A DNA stretch of 64,000 bases from Mobula hypostoma (lineage: Eukaryota): positions 50,284,001-50,348,000 of the forward strand of contig NC_086108.1 in NCBI RefSeq assembly GCF_963921235.1, in the 5' to 3' direction. A model generated the notes under the pieces. That model searched no databases. It saw nothing but the letters and a program-made list of their open reading frames with translations, and had not been told where the DNA came from. Positions 14,325 through 25,175 of the stretch are shown here, in pieces. Position 1 is the stretch's first letter. Each line of letters opens with the position of its first letter. The position numbers and the translations under genes are program-made.

Positions 14325-14733
14325 GAATAATGGATAGGGAGTCTGTAAAAGGACTTGGATACATTAGGAGAATGGACAAAGAGGTGGCAAATGGAATACA
14401 ATGTAAGGAGATGTATGATCATGCAGTTTGAAAGAATAAAGGCAGAGACCATTTTCAAAATGGGGAGCAAATTTAGAAAACAGAGGTGCAAAGGAACTTG
14501 GGAGTTTCATGCAGGATTCCCTGAAGTCTCCTGCAGGTTGTGTTGGTGGGAAGGAAGATAAATACAAGGTTAGTATTCCTTTCATAAGGACTAGAATATA
14601 AAAGCAAAGATGTGACACTGAGACTTGGTCACACCACACTTGGAGTATTGTAAGCAGTTTTGAGCCCCTTATCTAAGAAAAGGTGTGCTGGCATTGGGGA
14701 GGGTCCAGAGGAAGTCCAAGAGAATGATCCCTG
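14325..14733 (+). mobile_element. CR1 3' region, left part (interrupted by ERV)
   Basis: WQMEYNV and HLEYC.QF.APYLRK motifs; continues seamlessly at 20320. Confidence 0.85.
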
Positions 14734-14840
14734 TGCTGAAACCTTACTTCTATTTATCACCTGTTACCCGATGCAAGAACACACAGTACTATGGGAGATA
14801 AAGCAACTTCTTCATTAGTAGCTCGCTACTGGAAAGAGAG
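14734..14840 (-). repeat. 3' LTR remnant (R/U5 part only, 107 bp)
   Basis: Aligns to 19719-19824 with 5 substitutions and 1 indel; fused directly to the integrase C-terminus. Confidence 0.93.
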
Positions 14841-17800
14841 TCCAAGCGGGGTCCAATCTTGGGGTGCTCCCAATCCCTTATCAGTACCGAATCTCCAATT
14901 TTCAAATCTGGCCACTCCGCCTCTGGTTTTTCCTGTGGCTTAAACGCCTCCTGCACCTGAGAATGAAGAAACTTTAGAGAGGATGTTAATTGCTTGAAAT
15001 ACCTTTGCAATTCATCCCCCATGACATTAAGGTCAACTTGGGTTGGAGACTGTGTGTTAGCATCCCATGGGGTCCTTCCGGGATGTCCATAAACAATTTC
15101 AGCTGCTGATACTCCAGTAGTGGAATGGGGAGTAATCCTCATATAATACAAAGCTAACGGAAGGACCTTTAGCCAGTTCAGCCCAGTTTCGGACATTAAC
15201 TTAGCCAACTTATTTTTCAGGGTGCCGTTGGCCTGTTCCACTACTCCTGCAGCCTTCGGGTGGTAGGCACAATGAAACTGCTGTTCAGTATGCAGCACCT
15301 CGCATATCTCTTTATTTATGGTTCCCACAAAATGAGGACCATTGTCTGAACTTATCTGTCTGGGTACCTCGAATCTTGGTATAATCTCTGTAAGTAACAA
15401 CCTTACCACCGTGCAAGCTTTATTATCGGTGGTCGGAAAGGCTTCAATCTATCTACTGAACACATCTACAATCACTAAACAATACTTATAACAGTGTACA
15501 CGAGGTAGTTCGATAAAATCAAGCTGAATACATCCAAAAGGACCACTTGGCAGGGTTTTTTTTTCCTGGAGCACATTTTACTCCTTTTCCCATGTTTGTT
15601 TGTTGGCATATCAGACATGATCGTATTTTTTCTTGTGCCGCCTCTTCCAATCTAGGGTGCTACCAGGTGCGTAATAAAATGTTACTCATTCCCTACTTGT
15701 CAAGGTGCATATCGGTATGCAGGCAATCAATAAGCATTGATAACAAAGCGTCAGGTATACATACTTGGCCAATTGGAGTGAGCCAGAGGCTCTCCGACGC
15801 AGAGTGCGAACACCCATGCGTCTTCCAGATTAGTTTTTCTGAATCAGGGGCATCCCCCTGCAGAGATCGAACAGTGTCCATGTCTGGAATGCCCTTCGTT
15901 GTGGTGTTTGGTCCGCAGACCAAAGCCAGTTTTTCTGCTGTGGAGACAATATAAATGGCAGTCTGTGATGCTAATTTGGCTTCCCTGTCTGCCCAATTAT
16001 TACCTTGGGTAACTGTAGAGGAGTCGGAGAGATGCGCTGAGCACTTAATGATAGCCAATTGTTTTGGGAGGAGGATGGCACTGAGGAGGTTCTTTACATA
16101 CGAGGCATTCTGGATAGGTGTCCCTGCGGAAGTGAGGAATCCCTGATGGGGGGCCCACAATTGTTCAAAGTCATGAGCCACCTCAAAAGCGTAACGGGAG
16201 TCAGTAAAAATATTGGCCACTTTATCCTTGGCCAATATACGGGCTCTCGTCAAGGCAAATAGTTCCGCCTTTTGTGCTGAGACAGGAGGCTGTAAGGATG
16301 CTGACTCGACCACAGCCGAGTCATTCACGATGGCATAGCCGCTATGGCGAGTTCCCTGTTCAGAGATAGAGGAGGTACTGTCAATGTAGAGAATTAAATC
16401 CGCAGATGGAAAAGCCTTGTCGGAGATGTCCGGGCGAGGTGTGGTTAAGAAATGGTTTCTTGTTAAACGGTCATGGGGTGGGTCCGTGAGGTCTTCAGGT
16501 TGACTTTCTAGAAAGGTAGCAGGATTGATGGTAGTACAGTAGGCAAAAGTGAGAAGTGGGTTATTAAGGAGTGCTATCTCATATCTATTCAACCTAGCTT
16601 GGGTGAGGTATTGCGTCTGATGGGAAGTCAAAAGTGCAGTAATAGTATGCGAGGAATATACGACCACTGGCTGCTGCAAAGCGATATTCGAGGCAGCCAT
16701 TACCAGGGAATAAATGCCTGGGAGTATTTGTGAGCATGCTGGCAGGCCTCTTGCTACTGGATCTAGACGCGTGGAGAAGTATGCTACTGGCCGTTTCCTA
16801 TCCCTGTGAATTTGAGTAAGGACTGCTATAGCACAGTCTTCCAAGACATTGACGATTAACTGGAAAGGACGATCACAGAGGGGGCGGCCTAGGGCAGGGA
16901 CACTAGCCAGCGCCTGTTTAAGCTTATCAAAAGCATCTCTTTGTTCCTGAGTGAGCTCAAAGCGTCCTGCCGTCTGGCTCGATGCCAAGGGCGAGAGGTG
17001 TTTGGTTAAGAGGGCAACATCGGGCAGCCATTGCCTGCAGAAGTTTACCACTCCCAGGAAAGCTCTAATACTCTTGTAAGTAGTTGGTGGTGGGGTCACC
17101 AGAATGGGCGCTATTCGAACAGAGGTAAGCTGTCTCTCATACGCACTAAGTAGGGTGCCCAGGAATTTTACTTGGCGTTGGCCATGTTTCACCTTGTGGC
17201 AAGGAACTACATATCCTCAGGAATGGAGGGCATTAAGGAGCCTATTTGTATCCTATTCATTGGCAGACTCAGAGGGGCTGGCCAGCAAAAGGTTGTCCAC
17301 ATATTGTATTACTGTCGAGCCGCCAGGGAACTGCAAGTCTTTTAGCTGGTTATGTAGTATCTGGGAGAAAATTGTCAGTGAATGGACAAATCCCTGGGGG
17401 AGACGCGTCCAGGTATACCGTTGACCTTGGAAAGTGAACGCAAATAGATACTGCGGGTCGGGGGACAGTGGAATGGCAAAGAACGCGTGTTGCAGATCAA
17501 TAATAGTGAATACACAGACATCTGCTGGGATATTACTAAGAATGGTAGCAGGGTTAGGAACAATAGGACGTAGGGGTTCAACTATTTCATTAATTTTACG
17601 CAAGTCTTGTACCAGGCGCCAGTCCGTTCTTCCGGGCTTAGGGACAGGCAAAATGGGAGTATTACAAGGTGACTGGCAGGGGACTAAAATTTCCTGTTTA
17701 CAAAAGCTGTCTATTAGGGAAGTAATACTAGCAACGGCTTCTTTCCCAAGGGGATATTGTGGAATGGAGGGTAATTGTGCACCTTGTTTTACCATAATAT

Positions 17801-18251
17801 GCACTGGGGCCACTGAAGTCAATCCCACCTCATCCTTTGACGCAGCCCATAAGTCAGGGGCCGGTTCATCTGAGGGAGAATGGTGTGGCTGATGGTGGTG
17901 GATTAGTCCCTGCACTGAAAAGGGGATAGGGTAATAGGTAAGGGTACCATCTGTTAGCATTTGGGGTACTCCTAAGATGTGTGGGTTTGCCTGCTGCCGC
18001 AGTCGATGGGCTAGGAAGCCTGGTTCCTTTGGCTTGTGTCCAGCTGCCACTGACAAGGTAACATAGGGGGATACAAGGCCTGACTGACTCCAAATTTCAG
18101 CAGGCACTTGGATAAGTAACGCTGTCCCTTCCTTGCCCTGCACCTCCCCCAGAACCGTGACTCCGACCATGCTACCCACAAAGGGAGCATATCAGGTTTC
18201 CAATTCCTTTGAGACCCCTGAAGGGTCATACGCCAGCGTCACATGTGGATC
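14841..18251 (-). pseudogene. pol: retroviral pol (2H phosphoesterase-like domain, RT, RNase H, integrase; protease deleted)
   Basis: RT: QYPL, SPCNTPILPV, WRLVQDLR, DLQHAFF, TRLPQGF, YVDN (for YVDD). RNase H: SAQKAEL, IFTDSRYAF, GNNWAD. IN: HTDMH...CLIC, ISSDNGPHF, YHPKAAGVVE. Several in-frame stops. Confidence 0.95.
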
Positions 18252-19280
18252 GGACACCTTGAGGGGTGGCCTGATACATCTGAATTGTCCCTATAATGTA
18301 GTCTATGAAATCAACTGGGTTAGTTTTCCTATTAGGGGCTTTACCCATAATCATAATCATCTTGTGTGACTTCCAGGGAGTATAAACCTGTAGGGTAGGA
18401 TTCCCTGCATTCTCATGGGGATTGGGAACAATTCGGGTGGGTAACAATCGAGGGGTACTAGCGCTTGGGTCCCCTGGCCCAAAAGGATCATCATAATCGT
18501 ATTCCTCATCTGGGTCTATCAAGGGTCCATCTCCTACCACACAATTCCTCCTTCTGCCCCTTCCTTTGGACACCGGCAGTCAGGAGGGCTTTTCCTTCGA
18601 CTGCTGTTTAGTTGGACTCCTAGTTCTGCCAGCTATCAGGTTGGTGAATTGTCCCGACTCCCGATCCTGTTCCTGCCCATGGGGGCCTTTGGGGGAGTAG
18701 GGGGGTGGCAGTTGTGATGCCTGTGGTTGTGGGAGGGGAGGATAAATGGGAGTTGTGGGTCGCACTAACCAATCTTCCTCCGTCATCGGTCTCGTTTTGG
18801 AACAACATGGGCAATCCAAACATGTCTGGAGGTACCTCCGTTTTACCCTGGTAATTAGCACCCTCATGTCCCCGTGCAGTTTCTTCTCCGGTTTTCTCTC
18901 TCCTTTTCTGTCCTTTATCATGCTTCTCACACTGATACTTCAACACTTCCCATGGCTTGGGTTTGCCTTCCTCATCACATACACTAATCCCTCTTCTACG
19001 TGCATTGTGTTCCCAACTACTTTGTCTAGACTTATTGGTTAATTCCTCGGCCGTTTTTCTCCATTTTCCATTTTTCCCCTGAATTTCGTTTCCACATTGC
19101 CTCCTCTGCTTGAATGCATTTTTCCACATCCCAGGTCCCTCCTAATGGCCACATTCCATTTCCCAATTTCTTATTTAATGAGGCAGATAATTTACAGAAG
19201 TTTTTTTCATCTCTAGGATTCTCCTTACAAATTTTAAAGAAGGGGGTGTCCAGTCCTGACTTATCAAGCGTCTGACCCAT
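18252..19280 (-). pseudogene. gag: retroviral gag (matrix, late-domain region, N-terminal capsid), frameshifted and truncated
   Basis: MGQTLDKS myristoylation-type start; matrix WPLGGTW motif; IYPPL and PPPY late-domain motifs; capsid start VYTPWK...NPVDFIDYI. Confidence 0.88.
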
Positions 19281-19612
19281 TTTCCTTTAATCAGTTAATT
19301 CTGTGCCCTGTCTCTCTGCACCCACTTCAGGGTCCTGACCTTCGTATGGGGGATTTCCCCTCTTAACAACTGGTGTAAGGCAGGGTGTCCAAGACAGGCA
19401 AATTATTGTAAGCTTACTCCAGTGAATCCTCTAACTGTTATCCGGGGTGAATCCTCAAACCCACTCTTCATATACCAGGGCGAATCCTCAAGCCCACTCT
19501 CCTTACCGTAGTACTCGGGGAATCTTAATGGTTTTTCAGGAGTCCGTCAGAGGATTACCCGCCAGACGAAGGGGTCGTCAAGGTGGACAATTAATGAGAG
19601 AGATTAAGGTAA

Positions 19613-19622
19613 ATCTTACCTT
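19613..19622 (-). promoter_or_regulatory. probable major splice donor in ERV leader
   Basis: AAG|GTAAGAT on the minus strand, about 78 nt downstream of the PBS and upstream of gag. Confidence 0.55.
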
Positions 19623-19697
19623 GTGGGCCCATCCGTCTCAGGTCATTGCCACTGAGTGGACCACTGACGCCGTCTCACGGAAACACCTTGTCTTGGA

Positions 19698-19715
19698 CTC
19701 CTGGCTGGCTCGCCA
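19698..19715 (-). promoter_or_regulatory. primer-binding site complementary to tRNA-Arg(ACG) 3' end
   Basis: TGGCGAGCCAGCCAGGAG, 3 nt after the 5' LTR; the plus strand reads GACTCCTGGCTGGCTCGCCA, the vertebrate tRNA-Arg(ACG) 3' end plus CCA. Confidence 0.9.
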
Positions 19716-19718
19716 AAT

Positions 19719-20315
19719 TGCTGAAACCTTACTTCTAATTATCACCTTTACCTGATGCAAGAACACACAGTACTACGGGAGATAAAGCAACTTTTTTATT
19801 AGTAGCTCGCTACTGGAAAGAGAGCGCACTTCACGAACACACACGGGATCAGTACCAGTGGTCTCTCTCCCTCAAAGTACAGAGACACTGAGTTTTTATA
19901 TCATTTATGCCACGTAACAGGAAACAAGTCTTAGCTATCCCCATAGTTACAAGCCCAGCAACAGTGGTATTTTAAGACAAAGACCCTTTGGTTACCTTAA
20001 AATGCAAAAGCCATGAAACTGAGATTGTGCACAATGAGGTAGTTCCTCATTTTTTTTTAGACAGTTTTACCACAGCGTGCAAGGTGAAACAAGAATTACA
20101 AGGTCATATTGAACCTTTGTCTAACTTAAGAGTATTTATAGGACTGGCTTATAGACAAAGACAGAAAAGCAGAACCCAATTCACAAAACATAACTCCTGC
20201 AAAATTGTCAGTCTGAAAGCAACACAGGCAGACCACCCAGACAGAAGTCGGAGTAACCCCACCTCACAAGGGTCCGAAAACCACCCCCCAACCCCTTCAA
20301 CCCTTCAACATGTCA
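19719..20315 (-). repeat. 5' LTR (597 bp)
   Basis: TGACA...CAGCA ends; TATAAAAA at 19900-19893 and AATAAA at 19800-19795 on the minus strand; followed by the PBS. Confidence 0.93.
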
Positions 20316-20319
20316 CCTG

Positions 20320-20745
20320 GAATAAAAGGGTTAACACATGAGTGTTTGATGGCTCTGGGCCCACTCATTGAAGTTTAGAGAGGTGGGGTTCTCATTGAAG
20401 CCTATCAAATATTGAAAGATCCAGACAGAGTGAATGTGGAAAGGATGTTTCTTATAGTGGGGGAGTCTAGGACCAAAGGACACAGCCTCAAAATGCAAGG
20501 GTGTCCCTTTAGAACAGAAATGAGGGGACATTTTTTTAGCCAGAAGGTGGTGAATCTGTGGAATTCATTACCACAGATGGCTGTGGAGACCAAGTCATTG
20601 GGTATATTTAAAGCAGAGGTCGATATATTTTTGATTAGTAAGAACATCAAAGGTTAGGGGAGAAGGCAGGAGATTGGAGTTCAGAGGAAAATAAATCAGC
20701 TTGATTGAATGGCCTATTCTGCGCCTATGTCTTATGGTCTAATGA
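20320..20745 (+). mobile_element. CR1 3' region, right part (after ERV)
   Basis: ESRTKGHSLKM...FFSQKVVNLWNSLPQ; TCTTATGGTCT tail. Confidence 0.85.
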
Positions 20746-20789
20746 GCTAAAGCAACCTTACATTAGTGCCCCTGCACCATCACAAATTA

Positions 20790-22225
20790 CTTTAACTGGT
20801 TCTGTTTGCATATGGAGAGTAGATGCAGTGGAGACAGAGGAATTGAGAGAAGGGGATGGTGTTTTTACAAGTAACAGGGTGGGAAGAGGTATAGTCCAGG
20901 TAACTGTGAGTGTCCTTAGGTTTATAACAGACATCAGTAGATCAGCTGTCTCCAAAGATAGAGACAGAGAGATCGAGAAAGAGGAGGAAGGTGTTGGAAA
21001 TGGACCAGGAAAATTTGAGACAGGAGAAAATCGGCAGATGCTGGAAATCCAAAAAAGACACACAAAATACTGGAGAAGCTCAGCAGGCCAGGCTGCATCT
21101 ATGGAAAAGGGTAGAGCTGACGTTTTGAGCAGGCAAATTTGAGAGGAGGGTGGAGGTTGGAGGCAAAGTTGATGAAGTCTGCAAGCTCAGTGTGGTACAG
21201 GAAGCAGCACCAATGCAGTTGTTGATGTAGCATAAGAAAAGTGAGGGATGGCCATCAGTGTAGGCTTGGAACACAGACTGTTCCGTGTAACCAACAAAAA
21301 GGCAGGCATAGCTAGGACCCATCCGAGTGCCCATGGCTACACCTTTACTTTGACGGAAGTAGGAGGAGCCAAAGGAGAAATTATTAAGAGTGAGGAAAAG
21401 TTCTGTTAGACCAAAGAGAGTGATGGTGGAGGGGAACTGATTGAGTCTGGTGTCCAGAAAGAAACAGAGAGCTTTGAGGCCTTCCTGCTGGGGGATAGGG
21501 GTGTATAGGGACTGGGCATCCATAGTAAAAATAAGATGATGGAAGCCAGGGAACTGAAATCATTGAAAAGATCCAGAGCATGTGAAATGTCATGGATGTA
21601 GGTAGGAAGGGACTAAACTGGGTGGGGGGGGGGGGTGCAGGAAGATGAAACGGAGTCAAGATATGCAGATATGAGTTAAGTGGGCAGGAACAAGCTGAAA
21701 CAATGGTTCTACCTGGACAGGCAAGTTTGTGGATCTTGGGTAGGAGGTAGAAACGAGAGGAACTTGAAGTTGATGGCAGTAGCTGGAAGATCCTCTGAAC
21801 TAATAAGGTTGGCAATGGTGTGGGAGACAATGGCCTGGTGCTCCTTAGTGGGGTCCTGTTTGAGGGGTAAGTAAGAGAAGGTGTCTGAGAGTTGTTACTG
21901 GGCCACAGAAAGATAGAGGTCAGTATGCTAGACTACTACAGCACTCCCTTTACCTGTGGGTTTGATGGTGAGGTTAGGATTAGTGCAGAGAGAGTGGAGA
22001 GCAGAGCGTTTGGAAGGAGTGAGGTTGGAATTGGAGAGAGGAGTGTTGAAGTTGAGAGGGTTGATGTCACTTTAGCAGTTGGCAATGAAAAGATCCAGAA
22101 CAGGTAGAAGACCAGAGTGGGGTGTCCAGGAGGAGGAGGAGGGTTGAAGACGGGAGTAGGGTCATCAGTGCAGGGTGGAGAGTCCTTGTACGCTTGCACA
22201 GCCACTTTGAGTGAATGTGCACTTG
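20790..22225 (-). mobile_element. Penelope-like element RT region, decayed
   Basis: RFYLLPKIHK, MDAQSLYTPIP, LTLNNFSF, GVAMGTRMGPSYACLFVG and FLDLSV motifs. Confidence 0.9.
21021..21130 (-). mobile_element. PLE terminal-repeat fragment nested in a PLE
   Basis: Flanked by AGG(A/C)AAATTTGAGA direct repeats at 21007-21020 and 21131-21144. Confidence 0.7.
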
Positions 22226-22227
22226 GA

Positions 22228-22690
22228 TTCCTCAGCCCCTCTGTTCCATAACACTTCTCAGTGTCCTCCCATTCATGGTATGTGTACTGTAGGTTTTATC
22301 CTGGTTTGAATATCCAAAATGCATCACCTTATAATTATCTAAGTTGAAATCCATTTGCTGTTCCTCAGCCCACTTCCCAAATTGATGAAGATCTCTCTGT
22401 AATTCATTGTTACCTGCTTCACTATCGATAACAAACTTGCTAGTTAAGACCATAAGATATAGGAGCAGAATTAGGCTGTTTGTCCCATTAAGTCTGCTCT
22501 GTCATTTCATCATAGCTGATCCAATTTTCCTCTCAGTCCCAATCTCCTGCCTTCTCCCCATATCCCTTCATGCCCTGACCAATCAAGAATCTATCAACCT
22601 GGGCCTTAAATATACATAAAGACTTGGCCTCCAGAGCTGCCTGTGGCAGAGAATTCCACAGGTTCACCACTCTCTAGCTAAAGAATTGTG
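22228..22690 (-). mobile_element. two CR1 fragments (RT C-terminus; 3' tail)
   Basis: LQRDL.QFGKWAEEQQMDFN; AAGACCATAAGA tail at about 22446. Confidence 0.75.
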
Positions 22691-23650
22691 CCATGCCATT
22701 TACATCCAAGGGATTGGTGGAACTCTTTCATCACGTGAGACTTTATCTACATATGGGATCTTCCCTTTGTTAGTACTAGTATAAAATGGCATAAAGTATT
22801 TTAGATAGTGAGAGCACCACGGAAGAAAATCAATTTCTACTTGTTTTCTCATGTTTTGGGGTGCAAGTAACATGTTGGCCATTCTTAGTCACTACTGTCA
22901 GAACCCATGTTGCAATTAAGGCCTGTGATCCACTCCTTTCTGAGCATTCTGAAAAGATTTTCTCAATAATCCCTCTTTTGAAGTAATTACATATTATCTA
23001 CAGCCAAAGTATCCACTTTCTTCAAGATTCTGCTTTGCCAAATTGAGGTGTAAACAAATATCTGATGACCTCAGTCAACTTTTTGCACCTCTTGAGCATA
23101 CTTTTGGAGTCCTATTCTTGTTTGCTGCCAGTCCTTTCTTATGCTTTTTCTTTGCCTCTCCATTTTCTTTTGTATGTCCCCATTGAATTTTCTGTAGTTT
23201 TCCTGCAGTTTATTTGTGTTAACAACCAGCCATTTATCATTTGTTGTTTATTTCTGCTCTATTTTACTTTCAGTACTTTTGGTCATCCAGCGAGCTCTGG
23301 TTTTAGTTTCTTTATCCTGCACTCATACAGGAAACGTTTCTACTTTAATGGCCTCCTCCTGCTGTTTAATTATAGTTTTGCCTGCCAGGCTTTGGTTCCT
23401 GTGTATTGAGTCCAGATCTGCTCTCATCCCTTAGTAATTGTTCTTTCTTCAATTAATCATTTTTATCATGGAGTAGTTTATATTCATTTTCATAGCAATT
23501 CTAAATCTGATGATATTATGGTTGCTGCTTTTCAAGTGTCACCCTTATGACACTACCGAGCTTTCCTACAACCAAGTCCATCAATGCCTCTTTCCACTTG
23601 GGCAGAAATGAATGTCCTCCTGAACAAATTTTACTATCTCTTACTATCTC

Positions 23651-23792
23651 TTTTTTCAGTTAGTCCTGACGAAGGGTCTCAGCCCGAAACATCGACTATA
23701 CCTCTTCCTAGAGATGCTGCCTGGCCTGCTGCGTTCACCAGCAACTTTTATATGTGTTGCTTGAAATTTCAGCATCCGCGGATTTCCTCGTG
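23651..23792 (+). mobile_element. PLE terminal repeat insertion
   Basis: Near-identical to 26515-26657; flanked by TTTACT(A/G)TCTC repeats at 23630-23640 and 23793-23803. Confidence 0.85.
23662..23697 (+). ncRNA. minimal type I hammerhead ribozyme motif (AUC variant)
   Basis: AGTC-CTGACGA-A-GGGT CTCA GCCC-GAAAC-ATC-GACT. Confidence 0.65.
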
Positions 23793-23869
23793 TTTACTGT
23801 CTCCTCTCCTACTTTACCTCTTATATTATTGATAACCGAATCTATATTTGTAGAGTCGAATTCTCCCAA

Positions 23870-24770
23870 GTGTGATGAATCGGCATATAGGAAGGAGATT
23901 GAAAATCGGGCTGAAAGATGCCACAACAATAAAATCCCACTCAATGTCAGCAAAACCAGAAAGCTGATTATTGACTACAGGAGGAAGAAGCTGGAATTCC
24001 ATGAGCCAGTTCTCATTAGAGGATTGGAGTTGGAGAGTGTCAGTAACTTTAAATTCCTTGGCACTACCATAATCAGAGGATCTGTCCCAGGAGTGCCATT
24101 ACAAAGAGGGCATGTCAGCACCTCTATTTTCTTAGAAGTTTGCATAGATTCGGCAGGTCATCTAAAACGTTGATAAACTTCTATAGGTGCAGAGTGGAGA
24201 GCATCCTGACTGGTTGCATCATGGCCTGATAGGGAAATACCAATGCCCAGGAATAGAAGTCTACAAAAAGTGGTGGATACAGTCCAGTCCATCGCTGGCA
24301 AAGCCCTCTCCATCATTGAGCATATTTACATGGAGCACTGTACCAAGAAAGCAGAATCCAACATCATGGACACCTGTCATCCAGACCATACTCTCTTCTT
24401 GCTTCTACCATTGGGCAAGAGGTACAGGAGTCTAAAGTCCCACACCACCAGATTCAGGAAGAGTTATTACTCTACAACCATCAGGCTCCTGAACCAACGT
24501 AAGTAACTTCACACGCCTCAATATTGAACTGATTCCACAACCTATAGACTCACTTTCAAGGACTCTACAACTCATGTTCTCAGTATTATTTATTTATTTT
24601 TAAAAATTATTTTCACATTGGTTGTTTGTCAGCCTTTGTTATTTATAGTTTTCCATAAATTCTACTGTATTTCTTTATTTTCCTGTAAATGCCTGCAAGA
24701 AAATGAATCTCAAGGTAGTTTCTGGTGATATATATGTACTTTGATAATAAATTTACTCTGACTTTGACTT
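23870..24770 (+). mobile_element. Rex1/Babar-like LINE 3' part
   Basis: DESAYRKEIE...LNVSKTRKLIIDYRR...FKFLG; HPDHTLFLLLPLGKRYRSLKSHTTRFRKSYY...IRLLN; ACTTTG repeat tail. Confidence 0.8.
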
Positions 24771-25063
24771 CATCATTTCTACCATAGGGCTTTTGCACAT
24801 TTCTATTATGTTCTTCCAAATTTCCTCTTTGATATCCTTCACACCAGTTAGTAGCCACCAAATTCCAGTAATGTAATCCCACCTACATTATTTCTTCCTA
24901 CTAATCAGATTGATTCTTTTCTTGATTATTCCAGGACATCCTCTCTCTCCAGCACTGTAATATTCTACTTAATAAATACTTCCATTCCCTTGATTTTTAT
25001 CCCAGCCCTTTGTGTCCAGGAATATTCTGAACCATCTACTCTATTTTTACGAATCCTTATGAC

Positions 25064-25175
25064 CTGATGAAGGGTCTGGCCCAAAAGGTCACCTCTACAG
25101 ATGCTGCCTGACTTGCTGAGTTCTTCCAGCATTTTGTTTGTGTTGCTCTAGATTTATGGAATCTGCAAAATTTCT
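25064..25175 (+). mobile_element. degenerate PLE terminal repeat
   Basis: CTGATGAAGGGTCTGGCCCAAAAGGTC...AGATGCTGCCTGACTTGCTGAG. Confidence 0.65.

Larger units (their letters stand above)
14734..20315 (-). mobile_element. endogenous retrovirus, class I (gamma/epsilon-like), defective
   Basis: TG...CA termini; 4-bp TSD CCTG at 14730-14733 and 20316-20319; LTR-PBS-gag-pol-LTR order; class I-like RT, RNase H and IN motifs. Confidence 0.96.

Noticed and set aside
15690..15990. Extra domain (e.g. macro) between RNase H and integrase
   Set aside because: The linker is short and reads directly into the integrase N-terminus.
19696..19715. tRNA-Arg gene
   Set aside because: Only the 3' 20 nt including CCA are present, adjacent to an LTR, so it is a PBS.
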